A stretch of 63,092 nt of DNA, filler included, from Stramenopiles sp. TOSAG23-6 (taxonomy: Eukaryota), in assembly GCA_900128565.1 (NCBI GenBank). It is 10 parts of 10 records of this genome, joined end to end, with 100 filler letters (N's around TTAATTAATTAA, not from the genome) between each part and the next. Parts side by side here need not be neighbours in the genome. Positions count along the whole stretch, not along the records: positions 56,895 to 63,092 come from LT636755.1; 9 more parts are not named here. One strand, given 5' to 3'. Under the pieces are notes generated by a model. The model saw only the letters and a list, made by a program, of their open reading frames with translations. It did no database searches and was not told where the DNA came from. Shown piece after piece: positions 59,108-63,092 of this stretch. The position numbers and the translations under genes were made by a program. Positions within the stretch are counted from its first letter, which is position 1; each line of letters begins with the position of its first letter.

Positions 59108-59977
59108 ATGTCAGATGATGCTCTTTTTCTTAAAACAGGTGCAGCTGTAGAAGTAAAGTTGCATCCTGTTGTACTCTTTACTGCATTAGATCATTATATG
59201 CGTCGGCAAGCGAACCAAAAGCGCGTGATTGGAACGCTCTTGGGTTATGAAAACGATGGTGTAGTGGAAATTACAAATTGCTTCTCAGTTCCGCACAAAG
59301 AAATGGACGATGGTGAAGTTGCTGTCGGTAAAGAGTTTAACAAACAGATGCTTACATTACACCAAAAGGTTAATCCAAAGGAACAGATTGTTGGTTGGTA
59401 TGCAACCACTGTAAACGGAAGTTTGGTGACAAAACAATCCTGCCTCATTCATGACTTTTATGGTACTGAATGTCGTCAACCTATCCATTTGGTTATTGAT
59501 ACTGCGCTTACAAATAATTCTTTGGGAGTAAAAGGATACTTGAGTTCTCCTTTACGTATTGGGAAAAAAGTGATTGCTGCTCAATTTCAACAAGTACCTG
59601 TCAATCTTACCTCAATTGAAGCCGAAAAGGTAGCCATTGAAACCATGTTAAACGACAGTGATACAGTAGAGACAGTTTCCCCGGTCAAAATTGATCAGAT
59701 GGATCAATTGCAAGTATCTATTGAAAACCTTTTACAAATGCTTCAAACGACGAGTGACTATGTTGATGACGTTGTTGCTGGAAGACGTCCTAAAAGCAGG
59801 GAGGTCGGACGGGCCATTGCTTCGTCTCTTAGTTCAGTTCCTCATGTCAAACCTGATCATTTCCAAACAATTTTTGATGATTGCGTCCAAGATTTATTAG
59901 TGGTTTCATATCTCAGTAATATAACACGCACACAACTTGCTGCAGCGGAGCGTATTAGCTGTGCAGCAAATTATTAG
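59108..59977 (+). CDS. EIF3F: Translation initiation factor eIF3 subunit F (MPN domain)
   Basis: VKLHPVVLFTALDHY, RVIGTLLG, ITNCFSVPH, LHQKVNPKEQIVGWY, QDLLVVSYLSNITRTQL. Confidence 0.85.
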   Translation: MSDDALFLKTGAAVEVKLHPVVLFTALDHYMRRQANQKRVIGTLLGYENDGVVEITNCFSVPHKEMDDGEVAVGKEFNKQMLTLHQKVNPKEQIVGWYATTVNGSLVTKQSCLIHDFYGTECRQPIHLVIDTALTNNSLGVKGYLSSPLRIGKKVIAAQFQQVPVNLTSIEAEKVAIETMLNDSDTVETVSPVKIDQMDQLQVSIENLLQMLQTTSDYVDDVVAGRRPKSREVGRAIASSLSSVPHVKPDHFQTIFDDCVQDLLVVSYLSNITRTQLAAAERISCAANY

Positions 59978-60165
59978 TGTTGAGAATTTGTTTGACGGAA
60001 GGAAGCATTTGCATTTTTGTATTTTTTTTTTAAAATTGAATAAAATATATATTTCATTTTGATTTTAATGTCGTCATTTGTCTTTGGTGACTAATCTAGT
60101 GACTGTATACGCATACAATAGTATGTAGTATAGTAGATAAAAATAAAAATAATAAATTTTGTTGT

Positions 60166-61104
60166 TTATTTCTTGACTTCTTCAACTGCGACGGAAACGC
60201 AATTTTCCAAGTCATCGAATATTTTACTATAACTCCAATCAAAAATCTTTTTTTTCTTCTTTTTTAAAGTACGAAATTCCTTCCAACACTGAAATTCCAT
60301 GGTCGATACTATATCACTATTACTAGCATGACATGTATCTTTTTTCTCATCCACAAAATTATTATTATTTTGGTACTTTTCGTGTAAAGATTCCCAACTA
60401 ATTTTGTTAAACTCATCAAGTTGAAACTCCGTTTGAAGCAATTTATTTTGACCATTTGTTTGTGTCGAATATACAAACGTATTCATCGTATCATCAATAA
60501 TAGTATCATCATCTGTATGTTTTGAGAGTACATGTGTTTGTAAACTTTTTCGTATTTGTTCTTCAAGTGTAAGAAAACAAAACACATCCACTTGTATTTG
60601 TAATTTATCTTCATTTTGGTCATTTTCGTTTTTTTCATTTGTTGTCGCCGACGTTTTAATATTGTCTATGTTTCTTTTACTATACTGCTCCGTTTGATAT
60701 AATGATTCACTTGATGATGGAAATAAACATTGAAGAACATGTAATGTCGTTGTTTCAACTTTGGAGTGATTCACAATCATATCCGTGAGAACGTCCGAAA
60801 GATCTTTTTCATTTACAATTTTCTTTTGGAATGTCCCATTTTTGGTGCCACTCAAATAAGAAATTCTAACGCTATATTTCGCTGTATCTTTAGGAATAGT
60901 TCCAGTTATACAAACAATATCGTCACTATTCAGTGCATCCTGAATTATCTCTTTCAAATGAGTAAATGTATGCGGTTTTCTAAATAATACGCAACGCTTT
61001 GTTATTGGTGTGCATTGTTGTCCAGTCCATTTGAGTTTGTTATGTTGTACTAGAACAATTTCAATTGGATTCAAATCAAAGAAACTCATTACTTGATTAT
61101 ACAA
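60166..61104 (-). CDS. Hypothetical protein, ~310 aa
   Basis: Long ORF in AT-rich DNA; no family recognised. Confidence 0.55.
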   Translation of the reverse strand: MYNQVMSFFDLNPIEIVLVQHNKLKWTGQQCTPITKRCVLFRKPHTFTHLKEIIQDALNSDDIVCITGTIPKDTAKYSVRISYLSGTKNGTFQKKIVNEKDLSDVLTDMIVNHSKVETTTLHVLQCLFPSSSESLYQTEQYSKRNIDNIKTSATTNEKNENDQNEDKLQIQVDVFCFLTLEEQIRKSLQTHVLSKHTDDDTIIDDTMNTFVYSTQTNGQNKLLQTEFQLDEFNKISWESLHEKYQNNNNFVDEKKDTCHASNSDIVSTMEFQCWKEFRTLKKKKKKIFDWSYSKIFDDLENCVSVAVEEVKK

Positions 61105-61555
61105 TACTTTCTATATTTGTCTTTATAATATATCTATCTATATATAAATCAAAGTGTATTGTATAATAACACAACAAAATTCTCTTGTAGGCTTTAGAAA
61201 ACTACAAAAAAAAGATACTTTTTTTCTTTTTCTATTTTTTTTGTTTTTTTTTTTGGGCCGTTGTTTTTAACCCTAACCCTATCTAAAAGCTCTTACAAAT
61301 TGTAATGGAATATTCAATTTTTCAAATTTTCAATTTTTCAATGACTAAAACATTATTAGAAAACATTATATTTTTTTATAAACGTAAACTAACAAAGTTA
61401 CAATTTGTCTCTCTCCAATATTTTACTCAAAATAAAATACGTGAAATACTAAAAAAAATCATATCGCTCTCGAGTATTTATTTGAATCTCAAATTCGATT
61501 CTCTCTTCAAATTTTAATTTTGTAAGAAATTTTGTACTTAATACAGAAACGCTTT

Positions 61556-61981
61556 TTAGTGTTTACCCCCAGTGCCTCCATTACCTCCTCCTCCTCCATG
61601 AAGGAATAAACTAGCTAGAAAATCTGCTATACGAGATAAGTGATCTGCTTCAGACATTTCATTTTCATTCACGGCATTTTGTGAAAAGTCAATTTCACCG
61701 GCACCTTGGCCAAGATGTTGAATGCGAGTGGTCTGCCCAACAGCGCTGAGAATTGTATCATTTGCCTGAGTACCTACTAAAGAACCACTCCGAGAGATGG
61801 CAATTGCAACAGACAGCGCAATGAAAAAAAGTGCAAAAACATTTAAAAGTGTTTTATACCGTGTAAAAGTAGGTTGACTTTGCTGATTGTCCCTGTTGTT
61901 TTCATTATTTTTCTCCTCATCACTACCATCTTCTCTAGAAATGAATGGTGAAGATGGGGCTTTGTCAGAACCACGACGCAT
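61556..61981 (-). CDS. Small single-pass membrane protein, hypothetical
   Basis: ATG-initiated 141-aa ORF with a transmembrane helix LLNVFALFFIALSVAIAI. Confidence 0.55.
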   Translation of the reverse strand: MRRGSDKAPSSPFISREDGSDEEKNNENNRDNQQSQPTFTRYKTLLNVFALFFIALSVAIAISRSGSLVGTQANDTILSAVGQTTRIQHLGQGAGEIDFSQNAVNENEMSEADHLSRIADFLASLFLHGGGGGNGGTGGKH

Positions 61982-62279
61982 GTGCTATATTATGCTATTT
62001 ATGAGCAATATTTATACATATTGTACTCTTCAAATAGTTTTAAATAATCATCTTTCAAATCAAAAAGATAGTTTTTACTCTTTTGTTGTTGTTGTTGTTG
62101 ATTTTGGTTTGTTGTTGTTTTCAAGTTTTCGAATTTTCTTTGACACGTGTCAAAAAAACGGGGAAGTCAGTATAAAGTTACAATTTTGTGTTTCAAACTA
62201 GTAGTGCTGCAAATTAATGTTTTAAAGGTTGAAATATATAGACAGAAGGATTACATCTGTATATTATATTGTCTATACC

Positions 62280-62979
62280 ATGAATCGAACAGCAACATTA
62301 TTGCTTTGTCAATCCTTTTGCACAAAGTCAGGAAAACATGCATTGCGTAGTCAGATTGTCAAACAAACAACTTCAAGTGTATCAAATAAGTCTTCTGATA
62401 GGCTAATTGGTTTTAGTGATGAACAGACGAGGCCTTTATCAAGTAGTCGTGACACCTCCAAGAAGAGTAATGATACGCAATCATCCGTAGTTGAACAACA
62501 CAAACAAAAAGAACAACACAAACAAAAAGAACCAAAAGAACAAGAAGGATTATTCATGAATATGCGTAATACCTTCATGAGTGTCAGAAATGGTCCAAAC
62601 TCTTTGCGTGAACGAATAGACGAACACATTCTCCCCGAGTTACACAAAAGAGCTTCACATCGTTTACAATACGAAGATAAGAGAGCAAAGGCTAGAGACA
62701 TATCACTAACCTTTGATCAATCTCATACATCGAATACAATGAATACAACGACTAATAAACACAATACAAACAATACGAATACTAGTCGATTTCGTTCATT
62801 ATCAAAATTACGTCAAAAATATTCTCAAAAATATTTGACATATAAACAAAAATGGATAGAATATAAATTAGATTGTATTCAAGCAACATCACCCATGCCA
62901 AATCCACCAGGGACAAATTATAGAACATCTATTTTTGACTTTTCAATCAAAGAACATCGTGAAGTTTGGAAATCGTCTT
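62280..62979 (+). CDS. Hypothetical protein, first exon (3' partial)
   Basis: ORF from ATG 62280 ending at a family donor. Confidence 0.55.
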
Positions 62980-63092
62980 GTACGTTTTTTAATTTTACTT
63001 TTTTTTTTTTTTTTTTTTGAAATATTTTTTTTTTCGTACGAAATTTTGTACCTAACGATTTTTTTTTTTTTTTTTTAAAATTTTTTTCAAAA
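62980..63092 (+). other. Family intron, 3' end truncated by window end
   Basis: TCT T|GTACGTTTT..TTTCGTACGAAATTTTGTACCTAAC. Confidence 0.75.

Overview
This is not one locus. It is ten unrelated ~6.2 kb contigs, sorted by decreasing length (6232, 6232, 6232, 6230, 6228, 6219, 6217, 6202, 6202, 6198 nt) and joined by artificial 100-nt N/TTAATTAATTAA/N linkers. Contigs 1-3 appear identical, as do 8-9. Contig 6 is a fold-back inversion that looks like an amplification chimera. The DNA comes from an AT-rich, gene-dense microbial eukaryote (taxon not determinable here) and encodes housekeeping genes: UTP20, AdoMetDC, phosducin-like, H1-like, CCA-adding enzyme, MAK kinase, transportin-3-like, MTG1, SRPRA, eIF3f and others. 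The main result is a family of 23 distinct, homogeneous, sense-oriented introns (14 complete, 91-127 nt) that do not end in AG. Their consensus is exon ..(A)T | GTAYGTTTT .. TTTCGTACGAAATTTTGTACCTAAC .. AAATATTTTTYCAMAATAYAT | (G).. exon, i.e. GT-AT (occasionally GT-TT, one GA donor) introns in an AT|G context, mirroring the canonical AG|G with G replaced by T. Removing them restores conserved protein motifs in at least seven genes. One canonical GT-AG intron (H1-like gene) has the same acceptor-proximal motif and branch-point spacing, which suggests one spliceosome with a relaxed or altered 3' splice-site rule. Splicing also reveals a UDP-GlcNAc-pyrophosphorylase-like / pyrimidine-nucleoside-phosphorylase fusion protein. 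All splice calls are inferred from DNA and protein conservation only, with no transcript data.
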